A stretch of DNA of 64,000 bases, from the NCBI GenBank assembly GCA_965203515.1, contig OZ241907.1, positions 1,408,001-1,472,000 of the forward strand, in the 5' to 3' direction. The notes under the pieces are model-generated. The model had not been told where the DNA came from and made no database searches. It was given only the letters and a program-made list of their open reading frames with translations. Position 1 is the first letter of the stretch; each line of letters begins with the position of its first letter. Source of the DNA: Spirochaetia bacterium (GTDB lineage Bacteria > Spirochaetota > Spirochaetia > SZUA-6 > Bin103). A program made the translations under genes and the position numbers. Below, piece after piece: positions 38,434 through 49,233 of the stretch.

Positions 38434-39939
38434 TTGGCCGTCGTCATCGACGAAGTTTCGCGCACGTTCAGCGAATACCTGCTGCTGCCGAACCTCACGC
38501 GCAAGGAGAACGTGCCCGCCAACGTGCGGCTGCAGACCCCGCTGGTCAGCCACCCGATCGGCGAGCCCGCCTCGATCTACCTGAACGTCCCGATGGCCTC
38601 CGCGGTCATGCAGACCGTCTCCGACGACCGCATGGCGGTGGCGCTGGCGCGCTGCGGCGGCCTCTCCTTCATCTTCGGCTCGCAACCGATCGACCGGCAG
38701 GTGGAGATGGTGCGGCGCGTCAAGAAGTTCAAGGCCGGCTTCGTCGTGTCCGACTCCAACCTCAGGCCCGACGCGACGCTGCGCGACGTGGTCGCCCTGG
38801 CCGACCGCACCGGACACACCACCATGGCGGTGACCGGGGACGGCCGTCCCGACGGGCCGTTGCTCGGCATCGTCACCAGCCGCGACTACCGGGTGAATCG
38901 CCAGGACCCGGCCAGCCGCGTCGACACGCTCATGACCCCGTTCGACCGGCTGGTGGTCGGGCACGACGGCATCAGCCTCAACGCCGCCAACGACCTGATC
39001 TGGGAGCACGGCCTGAGCTGCCTGCCGATCATCGACGGCGGCCGGCGCCTGCGCCACCTGGTGTTCCGCAGGGACTACGACGCCCACCGGGAGAACCCGG
39101 ACGAGCTGGTCGATGAGGAAAAGCGGTTGGTGGTAGGCGCCGGCATTTCCTCGCACGACTACCGCGACCGCGTGCCCCCGCTGGTCGAGGCCGGCGCCTC
39201 GGTGCTGTGCATCGACTCCTCCGACGGGTTCAACGAATGGCAGGCGGAGTGCCTGGACTTCGTCCGCGGCCGCTACCGGGATCGCGTGAAGATCGGCGCC
39301 GGCAACGTGGTGGAGCCCGACGGGTTCGAGTACCTGGCCGACGCCGGCGCCGATTTCGTCAAGGTCGGCATCGGCGGCGGCTCGATCTGCGTCACGCGCG
39401 AGCAGAAGGGGATCGGCCGGGGACAGGCGACCGCGGTGCTCGACGTGGCCGCCGCGCGCGACCGCTATGCGGAGCGGACCGGCCGCTACGTTCCGGTCTG
39501 CTCCGACGGCGGCATCGTCTTCGACTACCATATCGTACTGGCGCTGGCGATGGGCGCCGACTTCGTGATGATGGGCCGCTACTTCGCGCGCTTCGACGAG
39601 AGCCCCGGACGGCAGATCCGGCTGGGCACCAACGTCGTCAAGGAATACTGGGGCGAAGGCACCAACCGGGCGCAGAACTGGGCGCGGTACGACGCGGCCG
39701 GCGGTCAACTCGCCTTCGAGGAAGGGGTCGACGGCTACGTGCCGTACGCCGGATCGCTCGGTTCCAATCTGCAACAGACGCTTGCCAAGATCAGGGCGAC
39801 GATGTGCAACTGCGGCGCGCTCGACATTCCCGAGCTGCGCAGCAAGGCGCGGTTGACCGTCGTTTCCGCCACCAGCCTGCGGGAAGGCGGCATACACGAC
39901 GTGCTGCAGAAAGAGCGCGAGCTGGTGACGGAGCTGTAG
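38434..39939 (+). CDS. guaB: IMP dehydrogenase (with CBS domains)
   Basis: [45 protein letters not shown]. Confidence 0.95.
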   Translation: MAVVIDEVSRTFSEYLLLPNLTRKENVPANVRLQTPLVSHPIGEPASIYLNVPMASAVMQTVSDDRMAVALARCGGLSFIFGSQPIDRQVEMVRRVKKFKAGFVVSDSNLRPDATLRDVVALADRTGHTTMAVTGDGRPDGPLLGIVTSRDYRVNRQDPASRVDTLMTPFDRLVVGHDGISLNAANDLIWEHGLSCLPIIDGGRRLRHLVFRRDYDAHRENPDELVDEEKRLVVGAGISSHDYRDRVPPLVEAGASVLCIDSSDGFNEWQAECLDFVRGRYRDRVKIGAGNVVEPDGFEYLADAGADFVKVGIGGGSICVTREQKGIGRGQATAVLDVAAARDRYAERTGRYVPVCSDGGIVFDYHIVLALAMGADFVMMGRYFARFDESPGRQIRLGTNVVKEYWGEGTNRAQNWARYDAAGGQLAFEEGVDGYVPYAGSLGSNLQQTLAKIRATMCNCGALDIPELRSKARLTVVSATSLREGGIHDVLQKERELVTEL

Positions 39940-39941
39940 GC

Positions 39942-40679
39942 GTGTGCGGCCGCTTTACGCTGACGGCCGACCTCGACGCGGTGACTTTGGCGGAGTCGTT
40001 CGGCGCCGAAGCGGGCGCCGCGGCGCCTGCCGGCGAGATCGGCCCGCGCTACAACATCGCCCCCACGCAGCCGGCGGCGGCGGTGCTGATCGACGGCGGC
40101 CGGCGCGTGCTCGACTCGCTTTGCTGGGGACTGGTGCCCGCGTGGGCGCGGGACCGCAGCATCGCCGGCCGCCTGATCAACGCCCGCGCGGAGACGCTTC
40201 AGCGGCGGCCGGTCTTCCGCGATGCGTTCGCCCGGCGCCGGTGCCTGATCCCCAGCGACGGTTTCTTCGAGTGGAGCGCCCGCGACCGGACCCCGCACTG
40301 GCTCCGGCTCCGCGACGGCGGCCTGCTGGCGTACGCCGGCCTCTACGATCGGCGCACCGAACGCGACGGCACCGAGTTGCGCACCTTTACGATCGTCACC
40401 ACGGAGCCGAATGAGCTGGTGAGGCCGCTGCATGACCGCATGCCGGTCATCATCCCGCCGGACGGTTATGACCGCTGGCTCGACCCGTCGCGGAGCGGCG
40501 CCGAGCTGCGCACGCTGCTGCGCCCGTACCCGGCTGCGGAGATGACCGCGCGGCGGGTCGCGCGCACCGTCAACCGCGCCGACGCGGAGGGCCCGGCGTG
40601 CGTCCTGCCGGCGCCCGCGACCGACTGTCCGGGCGCGAATCTCGAACTGTTCGTGGAGGGAACCCATGGAGACGCTTGA
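39942..40679 (+). CDS. SOS response-associated peptidase (SRAP, abasic-site processing)
   Basis: GTG start giving (M)CGRF; RYNIAPTQ, WGLVP.W, INARAET, RRCLIP.DGFFEW, HDRMPVI. Confidence 0.93.
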   Translation: MCGRFTLTADLDAVTLAESFGAEAGAAAPAGEIGPRYNIAPTQPAAAVLIDGGRRVLDSLCWGLVPAWARDRSIAGRLINARAETLQRRPVFRDAFARRRCLIPSDGFFEWSARDRTPHWLRLRDGGLLAYAGLYDRRTERDGTELRTFTIVTTEPNELVRPLHDRMPVIIPPDGYDRWLDPSRSGAELRTLLRPYPAAEMTARRVARTVNRADAEGPACVLPAPATDCPGANLELFVEGTHGDA

Positions 40680-41442
40680 CGGCCGGGTGGCGATCGTCAC
40701 CGGCGGAAGCTCCGGCATCGGCCGCGGCATCGCTATCGCGTTGGCCCGCGCCGGCGCCCGCGTGGCGGTCGCCGACGTACGGGAAGAGCCGCGCCGCGGC
40801 AAATATCATGAGACCGAGCCGCGGCCGCCGACCGCCGACCGGATCAACGCCGACGGCGGTACGGCCGCGTTCGTGGCGACCGACGTCTCCCGCCCGGAGC
40901 AGATAGATCGCATGGTCGACTTCGCCGCCGACCGCTTCGGCGGCGTCGACATCCTGGTCAACAACGCCGGCGTCGGCATCGTCAGCGCCATCGACCGGCA
41001 GACCGACGAGGAGTGGCGGCAGGTCATCGACGTCAACCTGCGCGCCCCGTTCCTGGCCATCCGCCGGGCGGTTCCCTGGCTGCGCGCCTCCGCGCACGGG
41101 CGGGTGATCAACATCGCTTCGGTGCACGCCTTCGGCGGCAGCTCCGGCCCGGCGTACGCCTCCTCCAAGGCGGCGCTGGTGAACATGACGCGCGACGCCG
41201 CGCTGGCGCTGGGACGGGACGGGATCACGGTCAACGCGATCTGCCCCGGATACATCGAGACGCCGATTCAGGACTACCTGACCCCGCAGGAGATCGACGA
41301 AATGCGCGACCGAACCGTCTTGCCGCGGCTCGGAAAGCCCCGGGACATCGCGCACGCCGCGCTGTTCTTCGCCTCCGCAGAGGCGGAATGGGTAACCGGC
41401 GCCGCCCTGGTCGTCGACGGCGGTCTGATCGCTTCGATCTGA
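40666..41442 (+). CDS. SDR family oxidoreductase
   Basis: TGGSSGIG, NNAG, YASSK, NAICPG, VDGG. Confidence 0.93.
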   Translation: METLDGRVAIVTGGSSGIGRGIAIALARAGARVAVADVREEPRRGKYHETEPRPPTADRINADGGTAAFVATDVSRPEQIDRMVDFAADRFGGVDILVNNAGVGIVSAIDRQTDEEWRQVIDVNLRAPFLAIRRAVPWLRASAHGRVINIASVHAFGGSSGPAYASSKAALVNMTRDAALALGRDGITVNAICPGYIETPIQDYLTPQEIDEMRDRTVLPRLGKPRDIAHAALFFASAEAEWVTGAALVVDGGLIASI

Positions 41443-41452
41443 ACCGAAGGCC

Positions 41453-43315
41453 ATGTGCGGCATCGTCGGATATACCGGGCCGAAGCCCGCCCTGGAGCCG
41501 CTCCTTACCGGGCTGGACCGGCTGGAGTACCGCGGTTACGACTCGGCGGGATTGGCGCTGCTCTCCGAGCGCGGCGGCCTGTCGATTTCCCGATCGGTCG
41601 GGCCGGTTCGGAAGCTGCGGCGGCGCGTGGCGGCGGCCGCGAGCGACGGCGAAGCGCGCGCTACGTGCGGAATAGCCCATACCCGCTGGGCGACCCACGG
41701 CGCGCCCAGCGAGCGCAACGCGCACCCGCACACCGACGCCTCCGGGCGCATCGCGCTGGTCCACAACGGCATCGTGGAAAACCATCGCGCTATCCGACAA
41801 TACCTTTCCAAGCAAGGCGTTACGTTCACGAGTGAGACCGATACCGAGGCGTTGGCGCAGCTGATCGGCTTCCTGTACGAAGACGGCAACGGCACCGGCC
41901 CGGACGCGCTGCTGGCGGCGGTGTGCGGCGCCCTGCGCGAAGTGCAGGGCACGTTCGGGATCGCGGTCGCCTGCGTCGACTATCCGGGACGCCTGATCGC
42001 GGCCCGCCGCGGCAGTCCGCTGCTGATCGGGATCGGCGACGGCGAGCACCTGATCTCCTCCGACGGCGCGGCGATCGTCGAGCATACCAGCCGCGTCGTC
42101 TACCTGCACGACGACGAGGTGGTGACCCTCGACGGCGACGTCCTCAGCGCCAGCACGATCGACGCCCTGCCGCTGCGCAAGCAGGTCGATCGCCTGGAGA
42201 TGTCGCTCGAACAGATCGAGCGAGGCGGCTACCCGCACTACATGCTCAAGGAGATCCACGAGCAGCCGGAGGCGCTGCGCAACACGCTGCGGGGGCGGAT
42301 CGACCCGGCCGGAGCGGACGTGAACCTGCGCGGCCTGGAGAGCGTCGACTGCTCGCCGGCCGATCTGCGGCGCGTGGTGATCGCCGGCTGCGGCACCTCC
42401 TGGCACGCCGGACTGGTCGGCAAATACCTGATCGAGGAGATCGCTCGCGTGCCGACCGACGTCGAGTACTCCAGCGAGCTGCGCTACCGCAACGCGATCG
42501 TCGAGGAAGGGACGATCGCGTTCTTCATCAGCCAATCGGGAGAGACCGCCGACACCATCGCCGCGATGCACGAGATGCGCGCCAAGGGCGCGGCGGTGCT
42601 GGGCGTGGTCAACGTGGTCGGCTCGACGCTCGCCCGCGAGACGCAGGCCGGCGTCTATCTGCACGCCGGACCGGAGATCGGCGTCGCCTCCACCAAGGCG
42701 TTCATCGCGCAGGTGGCGGTGCTGACCCTGATCTCCGTCCGCCTCGGCCGCCGGCGCCACCTGTCGGCGGAGCGCTGCGCGGAGTTGCTGCAGGGTCTGC
42801 GGTCGAGCGCCCGCGCGATCGAGTCGGTCCTGCAGCTCGACGGGGCTATCCGCGAACTGGTCTCGCGGCACATCGACCGGCAGAACTGGCTCTATCTGGG
42901 CAGGGGCGTCAACTTTCCGGTCGCCCTGGAAGGCGCCCTGAAGCTCAAGGAGCTGAGCTACATCCACGCCGAGGGGATGCCCGCCGCGGAGATGAAGCAC
43001 GGCCCGCTGGCGCTCATCGATCGCGGCATGCCGGTGGTATTCGTGGCGCCGCGCGACCGCACCACCGACAAGGTCATCGCCAACATCGAGGAGGTGCGCA
43101 GCCGCGGCGGCCACGTGATAGCGATCGCTACCGAAGGCGATCACGAGCTGGCGTCGGCCGCCGACGACGCGGTCTTCGTACCGCCGGTGCTGCCGGCGTT
43201 GTCGCCGCTGGTGACCACCGTGCCGTTGCAGCTCATCGCCTACCACGCCTCCGTGCTGCGCGGCCACGACGTCGACCGGCCGCGCAACCTGGCCAAGAGC
43301 GTCACCGTCGAATGA
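41453..43315 (+). CDS. glmS: Glutamine--fructose-6-phosphate aminotransferase
   Basis: MCGIVG, LEYRGYDSAG, HTRWATHG, SQSGET, EGALKLKE, PRNLAKSVTVE. Confidence 0.98.
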   Translation: MCGIVGYTGPKPALEPLLTGLDRLEYRGYDSAGLALLSERGGLSISRSVGPVRKLRRRVAAAASDGEARATCGIAHTRWATHGAPSERNAHPHTDASGRIALVHNGIVENHRAIRQYLSKQGVTFTSETDTEALAQLIGFLYEDGNGTGPDALLAAVCGALREVQGTFGIAVACVDYPGRLIAARRGSPLLIGIGDGEHLISSDGAAIVEHTSRVVYLHDDEVVTLDGDVLSASTIDALPLRKQVDRLEMSLEQIERGGYPHYMLKEIHEQPEALRNTLRGRIDPAGADVNLRGLESVDCSPADLRRVVIAGCGTSWHAGLVGKYLIEEIARVPTDVEYSSELRYRNAIVEEGTIAFFISQSGETADTIAAMHEMRAKGAAVLGVVNVVGSTLARETQAGVYLHAGPEIGVASTKAFIAQVAVLTLISVRLGRRRHLSAERCAELLQGLRSSARAIESVLQLDGAIRELVSRHIDRQNWLYLGRGVNFPVALEGALKLKELSYIHAEGMPAAEMKHGPLALIDRGMPVVFVAPRDRTTDKVIANIEEVRSRGGHVIAIATEGDHELASAADDAVFVPPVLPALSPLVTTVPLQLIAYHASVLRGHDVDRPRNLAKSVTVE

Positions 43316-43352
43316 CCGCGCACCGCGGCCTCGACGGCCGGCCCGCCCCCCT

Positions 43353-43380
43353 TTGCACGACGCTGCGACCATGCTATACT
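43353..43380 (+). promoter_or_regulatory. sigma70-type promoter
   Basis: TTGCAC-16 bp-TATACT with an extended TG, upstream of a GAGGTG RBS and GTG 43436. Confidence 0.65.
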
Positions 43381-43435
43381 CGACTTGGGTTCGCCCTGTG
43401 ATGAACCCGCAATCCAAACGATACGAGGTGTAATC

Positions 43436-43933
43436 GTGCCGAAGCTCATAATCCCCGGCGATGCTCAGGAAGCTGCCGGGATCGCGCCGAAAGTCATCGC
43501 GCAGTACCGGCGCTTCATCGACCGCCTGCCGGAGAAAAAGGCCGGCTTCCTGCAGTTCTCGGCCAAGGAGGACATCGGCCTGGGCCGCGAAGCGCTCCTG
43601 GAAGCGGCAGGGAAGTCCAAGAAGTACATCAAGATCCGCAAGGCACGCGGTCAGGACCGCACGCTGCAGCTGCAGCGCTGCACCAAGGCCGAATGGGACA
43701 AGGCGAACAAGACGGCGCAAGCCTCGACCAAGTCCGCGACAAAGGGGCGCCGCAAGCGCAAGACCGGCCCGAAGCCCAAGGTTCAACAGGCCGCCGCGGC
43801 TGCTGCCCCGCAACCCACCGACGCCCAACCCACCGACGCCCAACCCGCCGACGCCCAACCCGCCGACGCGCCGCAAGCCGCCGATACTTCGGACGCGCCT
43901 CACACCTCCGAAGAGACCGCGGCGCAGGAGTAG
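43436..43933 (+). CDS. Hypothetical basic protein with low-complexity acidic tail
   Basis: Has its own promoter and RBS; Lys/Arg-rich core; 4x15-bp repeat at 43811-43870 encoding QP(T/A)DA. Confidence 0.75.
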   Translation: MPKLIIPGDAQEAAGIAPKVIAQYRRFIDRLPEKKAGFLQFSAKEDIGLGREALLEAAGKSKKYIKIRKARGQDRTLQLQRCTKAEWDKANKTAQASTKSATKGRRKRKTGPKPKVQQAAAAAAPQPTDAQPTDAQPADAQPADAPQAADTSDAPHTSEETAAQE

Positions 43934-43935
43934 CG

Positions 43936-44991
43936 ATCGACGGCATACCGCGCTCTGGCGGTTGCTATCTGTTTCGGAACGCGGCGGCCGAGGTCGTGTA
44001 CGTCGGCAAGGCGACCGACCTCCGTCACCGCGTCCGTTCCCACCTCAACGCTCAGGGCCGGGGTCGAGCGATCGCCGCACGCGCGGCGACGCTCGACCTC
44101 ATCCTGACCCGTACCCCGTACGAAGCGGCGGTTCTGGAAAGTTCGCTCATCCGGCATCACCGGCCGCCGCTCAACCGCGCCGATCCGCTCGCGCTCGGAT
44201 TCTGGTACCTGCGCCTGAGCGACGGGCCGTTTCCCCGGCTGGAGCGCTTTCGCCCCGACCGCGGCGAGCCGTGCGCCGCTGACCGGACGTTCGGGCCCTG
44301 CGTCTCCTATCGGGAGGCGGAGGACCTGATCGCCGCGGTGAGCGACCACTTCCGGCTGCGCACCTGCCGGCTCGACGGCTCGGGTCGCTGCGCGCGCGCC
44401 TACGCCGATCACTGCATTCCGGTCTGCGAGGAGCCGGAGCGGCGCGAGCGGTACGCGCGCGCCGTCGCGCAGGCGTCACGGCTGCTGCGCGGCGACACCG
44501 CCGCGCTGGCGCCGCTGCGCCGCCGCATCGCCGCGGCGGCGGCCGAGCGCCGCTTCGAGACGGCGGCGGCGCTTGCCCGGCGGCTGCGAGCGCTGGAACG
44601 GGGCGCGATCCCGCAGTCGGTGGTCAGGCCGGGCGGCGGTGACGCCGCGGTCGCCTGCGCGCGGCGTTGCCCGGACGGTCACTGCCGGGCGGCGGCGCTG
44701 CGGGTGCAAGGCGGTGCGCTGATCGCCGTGATCGGCGTCGACGCCGGGCCGGCGGCCACAGCGCCGGCGGCGGCGCAACGCGCGGCGCTGAGAACGGCCG
44801 CCGGCGGACTGCGCGATCCGGTCATCGTCACCGCCACCGCAGGCCGTACCGGCGGCGGCTGGGTGACGCGCGAGCACGCGCGCGGATTGCTGGAGCTGGC
44901 GCTGCTCAACCTGCCCCATGCGGCGGCCGTCCGGGTATCCAGTCCGTGCCGGCCAGCGGCACCCCGGCCATCGCCGCCGCCTCCACCGTGA
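43936..44991 (+). CDS. UvrC-like GIY-YIG nuclease (N-terminal UvrC domains only); start codon unclear
   Basis: P...GCYLF......VYVGKA.DL..RV.SH, A.LE..LI..H.PPLN, FGP, F.LRTC, Cys cluster, UVR motif (AAE.RFE.AA). Confidence 0.7.
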   Translation: MDGIPRSGGCYLFRNAAAEVVYVGKATDLRHRVRSHLNAQGRGRAIAARAATLDLILTRTPYEAAVLESSLIRHHRPPLNRADPLALGFWYLRLSDGPFPRLERFRPDRGEPCAADRTFGPCVSYREAEDLIAAVSDHFRLRTCRLDGSGRCARAYADHCIPVCEEPERRERYARAVAQASRLLRGDTAALAPLRRRIAAAAAERRFETAAALARRLRALERGAIPQSVVRPGGGDAAVACARRCPDGHCRAAALRVQGGALIAVIGVDAGPAATAPAAAQRAALRTAAGGLRDPVIVTATAGRTGGGWVTREHARGLLELALLNLPHAAAVRVSSPCRPAAPRPSPPPPP

Positions 44992-46969
44992 GCGCCGCCA
45001 GGTCCTCGCGCTCCAGGTGGTGGACGTCCGACTTGCCGCAGGCGCGCGCCAGGGTAGCCAGTTCCATGGTCAGCGTCGCCAGATAGTTGCGCACGCGCCG
45101 CGCCCCCCACTCCGGATCGAGCCGCTGCTCCAGCTCCGGGTCCTGCGTGGTCACCCCGACCGGGCAGAGCCCGGTCTGGCACTGGTGGCAGCGGCCCGGC
45201 GCGGTACCCAGGCGGTGGTAGTCAGCGGTGGCGTCGACCCGTTCACCGCCGCGCACGTAGGCAGGGCTGTTGCAGCCGAGCGCCATGAGCACCGCCTGGC
45301 CGATCGACACCGCGTCCGCTCCCAGGGCCAGCGCCTTGGCGACGTCCGCCCCGGAACGGATGCCGCCCGACACCACCAACTGCACCTCGCGCGCCGGGTC
45401 GACCTCCTCCAGCGCCTCGACCGCCTGCCGCACCGCCGGCAGCGTAGGGATGCCGGCGTGCTCGATGAAGACCTGCTGGGTCGCCGCGGTGCCGCCCTGC
45501 ATGCCGTCCAGGACGATCACGTCGGCGCCCGACTTCACGCACAGCTTGACGTCGTCGGTGACGCGGGTGGCGCCGATCTTGATGAAGACCGGGATGCGGT
45601 TGTCGGTGATCTCGCGCAACTCCTCGATCTTGATCGCCAGATCGTCCGGCCCCACCCAGTCGGGGTGCCGACACGCCGAGCGCTGATCGATGCCGGCCGG
45701 CAGCGTGCGCATGGCGGCGACCCGCTCGGAGACCTTGAGGCCGAGCAGCATGCCGCCGCCGCCGGGCTTGGCGCCCTGACCGACCACGATCTCGACCGCG
45801 TCGGCGCGGCGCAGGTCGTCCGGGTTGAACCCGTACCGCGACGGCAGGCACTGGTAGACCAGCGTCCGCGACGCCCGGCGCTCCTCCGGGGTCATGCCGC
45901 CGTCGCCGGTGGTCGTGGAGGTGCCGGCGGCGGTGGCCGCGCGGCCCAACGCCTCCTTCACGTTGGCCGACAGCGATCCGAAGCTCATGCCGGCGATCGT
46001 GATCGGCGTGGCCAGGGTGAGCGGGCGCTCGGCGCGCCGCGAACCGAGCACGGTCTCCGTCGAGCAGCGCTCGCGGTAGCCCTCCAGCGGATAGCGCGAC
46101 ATCGACGCGGTCAGGAACGTCAGGTCGTCGAAACTCGGCACGCGGCGCTTGGCGCCGAGCCCGCGGATGTCGTAGACGCCGGTCTCGGCGGCGCGCTGGA
46201 TGTAGTCGAGCGTCTCCGCGTCGTAGTGGCGGCTCACGGCGCCGGCCCAGCGCGGCGCTTCGGACCGGCGGTCCTGCCGCGGCGGGCCCGATCGGACCGC
46301 CGTGCCGCGCTCGCTGTCCGGAATCCAGTGGTAGAGCTGCCTGGCGGAGGCGACGCGGGTGAACGATTCCGGCGCCTCGTCCCGGCCGGCGCGGCGCAGC
46401 AGTTCGCCGAGCGCCTGCCGGTCCTCCTCGCCGAGCGGCTCGATGCGCGCGTCGGCGCCCAGGCCGCGGATGCGGCCGCGCACGTAGATCACCGCCTCGT
46501 ACAGTGAGTCGCCGAGCCCGGCGCCGGCGTCGCCGCAGACGACGATCCGGCCGGCTTGCGCCATGAAGGCGCTCATGTGGCCGACGCTGCCGCCGACCAC
46601 GATGTCGCCGCCCTTGAGGGAGATGCCGCACCGGGAGGAGGCGTCGCCGTCGATCACCAGCAGCCCGCCGTGCGCGGATGCTCCGGCGCACTCGGAGGCG
46701 AAGCCGGCGACCCGCACGGTTCCCGACATCATGTTCTCCGCGACGCTCCACCCGACGTTGCCGTGCACGGTCACCGACGCGCGCTGGTTCATGCCGGCGG
46801 TGAAGTAGCCGCTGTGGCCGCGTACGTGCACGTCGAGCGGCGCGTTCAGCCCGCAGGCGACGTTGTGGCGGCCGAGCGGGTGGAGCAGCTCGACGGCGGC
46901 GGGGCCGGTGAGCGCGTGCAGGCGGCGGTTGACCTCCGTGACCGAGCGTTCGGCCAGGTCGAAGGTCAC
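44906..46969 (-). CDS. Fused N-methylglutamate synthase B+C (GXGXG domain + FMN-binding glutamate synthase domain)
   Basis: GTG overlaps the mgsA stop. N-half: GYFTAGMN, AENMMSG, RCGISLKGG, SAFMAQAG, GDSLYE. C-half: AGMSFG, TTTGDGG, GQGAKPGGGG, DGMQGGT, CHQCQTGLCPVGVTTQ. One uninterrupted frame. Confidence 0.88.
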   Translation of the reverse strand: MTFDLAERSVTEVNRRLHALTGPAAVELLHPLGRHNVACGLNAPLDVHVRGHSGYFTAGMNQRASVTVHGNVGWSVAENMMSGTVRVAGFASECAGASAHGGLLVIDGDASSRCGISLKGGDIVVGGSVGHMSAFMAQAGRIVVCGDAGAGLGDSLYEAVIYVRGRIRGLGADARIEPLGEEDRQALGELLRRAGRDEAPESFTRVASARQLYHWIPDSERGTAVRSGPPRQDRRSEAPRWAGAVSRHYDAETLDYIQRAAETGVYDIRGLGAKRRVPSFDDLTFLTASMSRYPLEGYRERCSTETVLGSRRAERPLTLATPITIAGMSFGSLSANVKEALGRAATAAGTSTTTGDGGMTPEERRASRTLVYQCLPSRYGFNPDDLRRADAVEIVVGQGAKPGGGGMLLGLKVSERVAAMRTLPAGIDQRSACRHPDWVGPDDLAIKIEELREITDNRIPVFIKIGATRVTDDVKLCVKSGADVIVLDGMQGGTAATQQVFIEHAGIPTLPAVRQAVEALEEVDPAREVQLVVSGGIRSGADVAKALALGADAVSIGQAVLMALGCNSPAYVRGGERVDATADYHRLGTAPGRCHQCQTGLCPVGVTTQDPELEQRLDPEWGARRVRNYLATLTMELATLARACGKSDVHHLEREDLAALTVEAAAMAGVPLAGTDWIPGRPPHGAG

Positions 46970-47877
46970 GGGCAGCCCGCCGCGGCGCGCTCGGGCGCCG
47001 GGACGCTCCACGAATAGATCTCCTCCGGCGCCGGCTCGAACAGGTTGGCGTGCTCGATGCCCGGCAGGTGCGCCAGCGTGCGGAACTCCGAGCCGATCGC
47101 GACGTAATCGTCGGTCTCCGCCGCCACCGCCGGCTTGCACGCGAACGCGTCGCGCACCAGCACCAGCCGGTCGGCGGTGCCGATCAGCAGCGTGAAGAAC
47201 CCGTCGAGCTCCCCGAACGCGCCGGCGATCGCCGACTCGATCGTCGCGCCTTCGCGCATGCGCCATTGCAGGTAGCGGCACGCCGCCTCCGTGTCGTTGT
47301 CGGTGTCGAAGTCGATGCCGAAGCGGCGCAGGCGCCGGCGGATCTGCCACGGGTTGGAGATCGAGCCGTTGTGCACCAGGCAGAAGTCGGCGCCGGCGGT
47401 GAACGGATGCGAGTGGGCCGGCGTGACCGCCGACTCGGTGGCCATGCGGGTATGGCCCACGCAGTGGGAGCCCCGTACCCGGTCGAGGCGGCAGGCGGCG
47501 ATCAGCTCGCGGGGATGGCCGGCGTCCTTGTAGACGCGCATGCGGCGCCCGTATCCGAAGGTGTCGATCCGTTCGGGCCGCTCGGCGAGCGCGGCCCCGA
47601 CCTGGTCAGGAGCGGCGGCGGTCGCCAGGACCGCGCACCGGCCGACCGCTTCGACGCTCCCGTCCGGGAACCGGCCGGCCAGACCGTCCCAGTCGGTCCC
47701 GCCCTCGGCGAAGAGGCTGTAGCGGTAGCGCCGCGGGTCGCCCTCCTCCTCGAAGACCGCCAGGCCGGCCGAGTCCGGACCCCGGTCCCCCATGCAGGCG
47801 AGCATGGGCGCGACCAGTCGGCCGAGCTGCCGGCGGCCGTCCGCCCGTTTCGCCGCGAAGCCGACGATGCCGCACAT
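46966..47877 (-). CDS. mgsA: Class II glutamine amidotransferase, N-methylglutamate synthase subunit A
   Basis: MCGIVG, RGPDSAG, GHTRMATES, VHNGS, NDTE, RD.FACKP; pathway context. Confidence 0.85.
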   Translation of the reverse strand: MCGIVGFAAKRADGRRQLGRLVAPMLACMGDRGPDSAGLAVFEEEGDPRRYRYSLFAEGGTDWDGLAGRFPDGSVEAVGRCAVLATAAAPDQVGAALAERPERIDTFGYGRRMRVYKDAGHPRELIAACRLDRVRGSHCVGHTRMATESAVTPAHSHPFTAGADFCLVHNGSISNPWQIRRRLRRFGIDFDTDNDTEAACRYLQWRMREGATIESAIAGAFGELDGFFTLLIGTADRLVLVRDAFACKPAVAAETDDYVAIGSEFRTLAHLPGIEHANLFEPAPEEIYSWSVPAPERAAAGCP

Positions 47878-47901
47878 GATCCGCCAACCCCGATCCGGCG
47901 C

Positions 47902-49233
47902 TCAGTAATACTCGAGGTAGCGCTCGATCTCCCAGTCGGAGACGTGCCGCTGGTACTCGATCCATTCCATCTCCTTGACGGTGATGAACTCCCGCACCAC
48001 GGCGCCGAGCCGGTCGCCGAACAGCGGGTCGGCGGCCAGCGCGTCGAGCGCCTCGCGCAGCGTCTGCGGCAGCGTGCCGATGCCGATCTCCCGGAGCTGC
48101 TCCGGCGTGTAGTCGTACAGGTTGAGATTGTGCGGATCGCCGGGGTCGAGCCGGCGGTCCACGCCGTCGAGCCCGGCCGCCAGCATCGCGGCGGTGGCCA
48201 GGTAGGGGTTGCAGCTCGAATCGCTGAGGCGCAGCTCCAGGTGCCCGCGCGGCACCCGGACCATGGCGGTCCGGTTGTTGTCGCCGTAGGCGACGTGCGC
48301 GGGCGCCCAGGTGGCGCCGGACAGGGCGCGGCCGACCACCAGACGCTTGTAGGAGTTGACCGACGGCGCGACCAGGGCGGTCAGCGCCGGCGCGTGGCGC
48401 AGCAGGCCGCCCAGGAAGTGGTAGGCGAGCTCCGACAGTCCCAGTCCGCGGCGGTCGGAATCGTCCTCGAACAACGACGTTCCCTGCGCGTCGGCGATCG
48501 ACAGATGGACGTGCATGCCGCTGCCGGTGCGCGCCGACATCGGCTTGGGCATGAACGAGCAGATCATGCCGAGGTCGCGGGCGATCTCGCCGGCGGCCAT
48601 GCGGAAGAAGACGTAACGGTCGGCCGAGGTGAGCGCGTCGGTGTAGGTGTAGTTGATCTCGAACTGGCCGTTGGCGTCCTCGTGGTCGACCTGATAGACG
48701 TCGAAGCCGACCTCCTGCAGCGACGCGACCAGCTTCTCGATGAAGTGCCGGCTGCGCGACAGGCCCTTGTAGTCGTAGCACGGCTTGTCGAGCAGGTCGG
48801 TGCGGTCGGCGGGATGGATGCTGCCGTCATCGTCTCGGCGCAGCAGCATGAACTCCGGCTCCAGTCCCGTGTTGAGCGTCCAGCCGCGGTCGCCGAGCGC
48901 GCGGAGTTGCTCCTTGAGCACGTGGCGGGTGTCGTACGGCCACGGCTGCCCGTCGACCCGCCCGTCGCAGACGATGCGGGCGTAGCCCGGCTGCCACGGC
49001 ACCGGCGACAGCGTGGCCAGATCGCCCACCGCCATGAAGTCCGGGTCGTGCGGTTGCTGGCCCATGCCCCACACCGCGAAGCCGGCGAACCCGGCGCCGG
49101 CATCGAGCACGTCGTCGAAGTGCGCCGCCGGCACCGCCTTGGTCTTGGCGACGCCGTGCAGGTCGACGAACTGAGCGAGCACGAACTTGATGTCGTGCCG
49201 TCTGAGCAGTTGGTGCGCGTCCTCGCGTGTCAT
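47902..49233 (-). CDS. glnT: Type III glutamate--ammonia ligase / gamma-glutamylmethylamide synthetase (GmaS)
   Basis: [61 protein letters not shown]. Confidence 0.92.
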   Translation of the reverse strand: MTREDAHQLLRRHDIKFVLAQFVDLHGVAKTKAVPAAHFDDVLDAGAGFAGFAVWGMGQQPHDPDFMAVGDLATLSPVPWQPGYARIVCDGRVDGQPWPYDTRHVLKEQLRALGDRGWTLNTGLEPEFMLLRRDDDGSIHPADRTDLLDKPCYDYKGLSRSRHFIEKLVASLQEVGFDVYQVDHEDANGQFEINYTYTDALTSADRYVFFRMAAGEIARDLGMICSFMPKPMSARTGSGMHVHLSIADAQGTSLFEDDSDRRGLGLSELAYHFLGGLLRHAPALTALVAPSVNSYKRLVVGRALSGATWAPAHVAYGDNNRTAMVRVPRGHLELRLSDSSCNPYLATAAMLAAGLDGVDRRLDPGDPHNLNLYDYTPEQLREIGIGTLPQTLREALDALAADPLFGDRLGAVVREFITVKEMEWIEYQRHVSDWEIERYLEYY

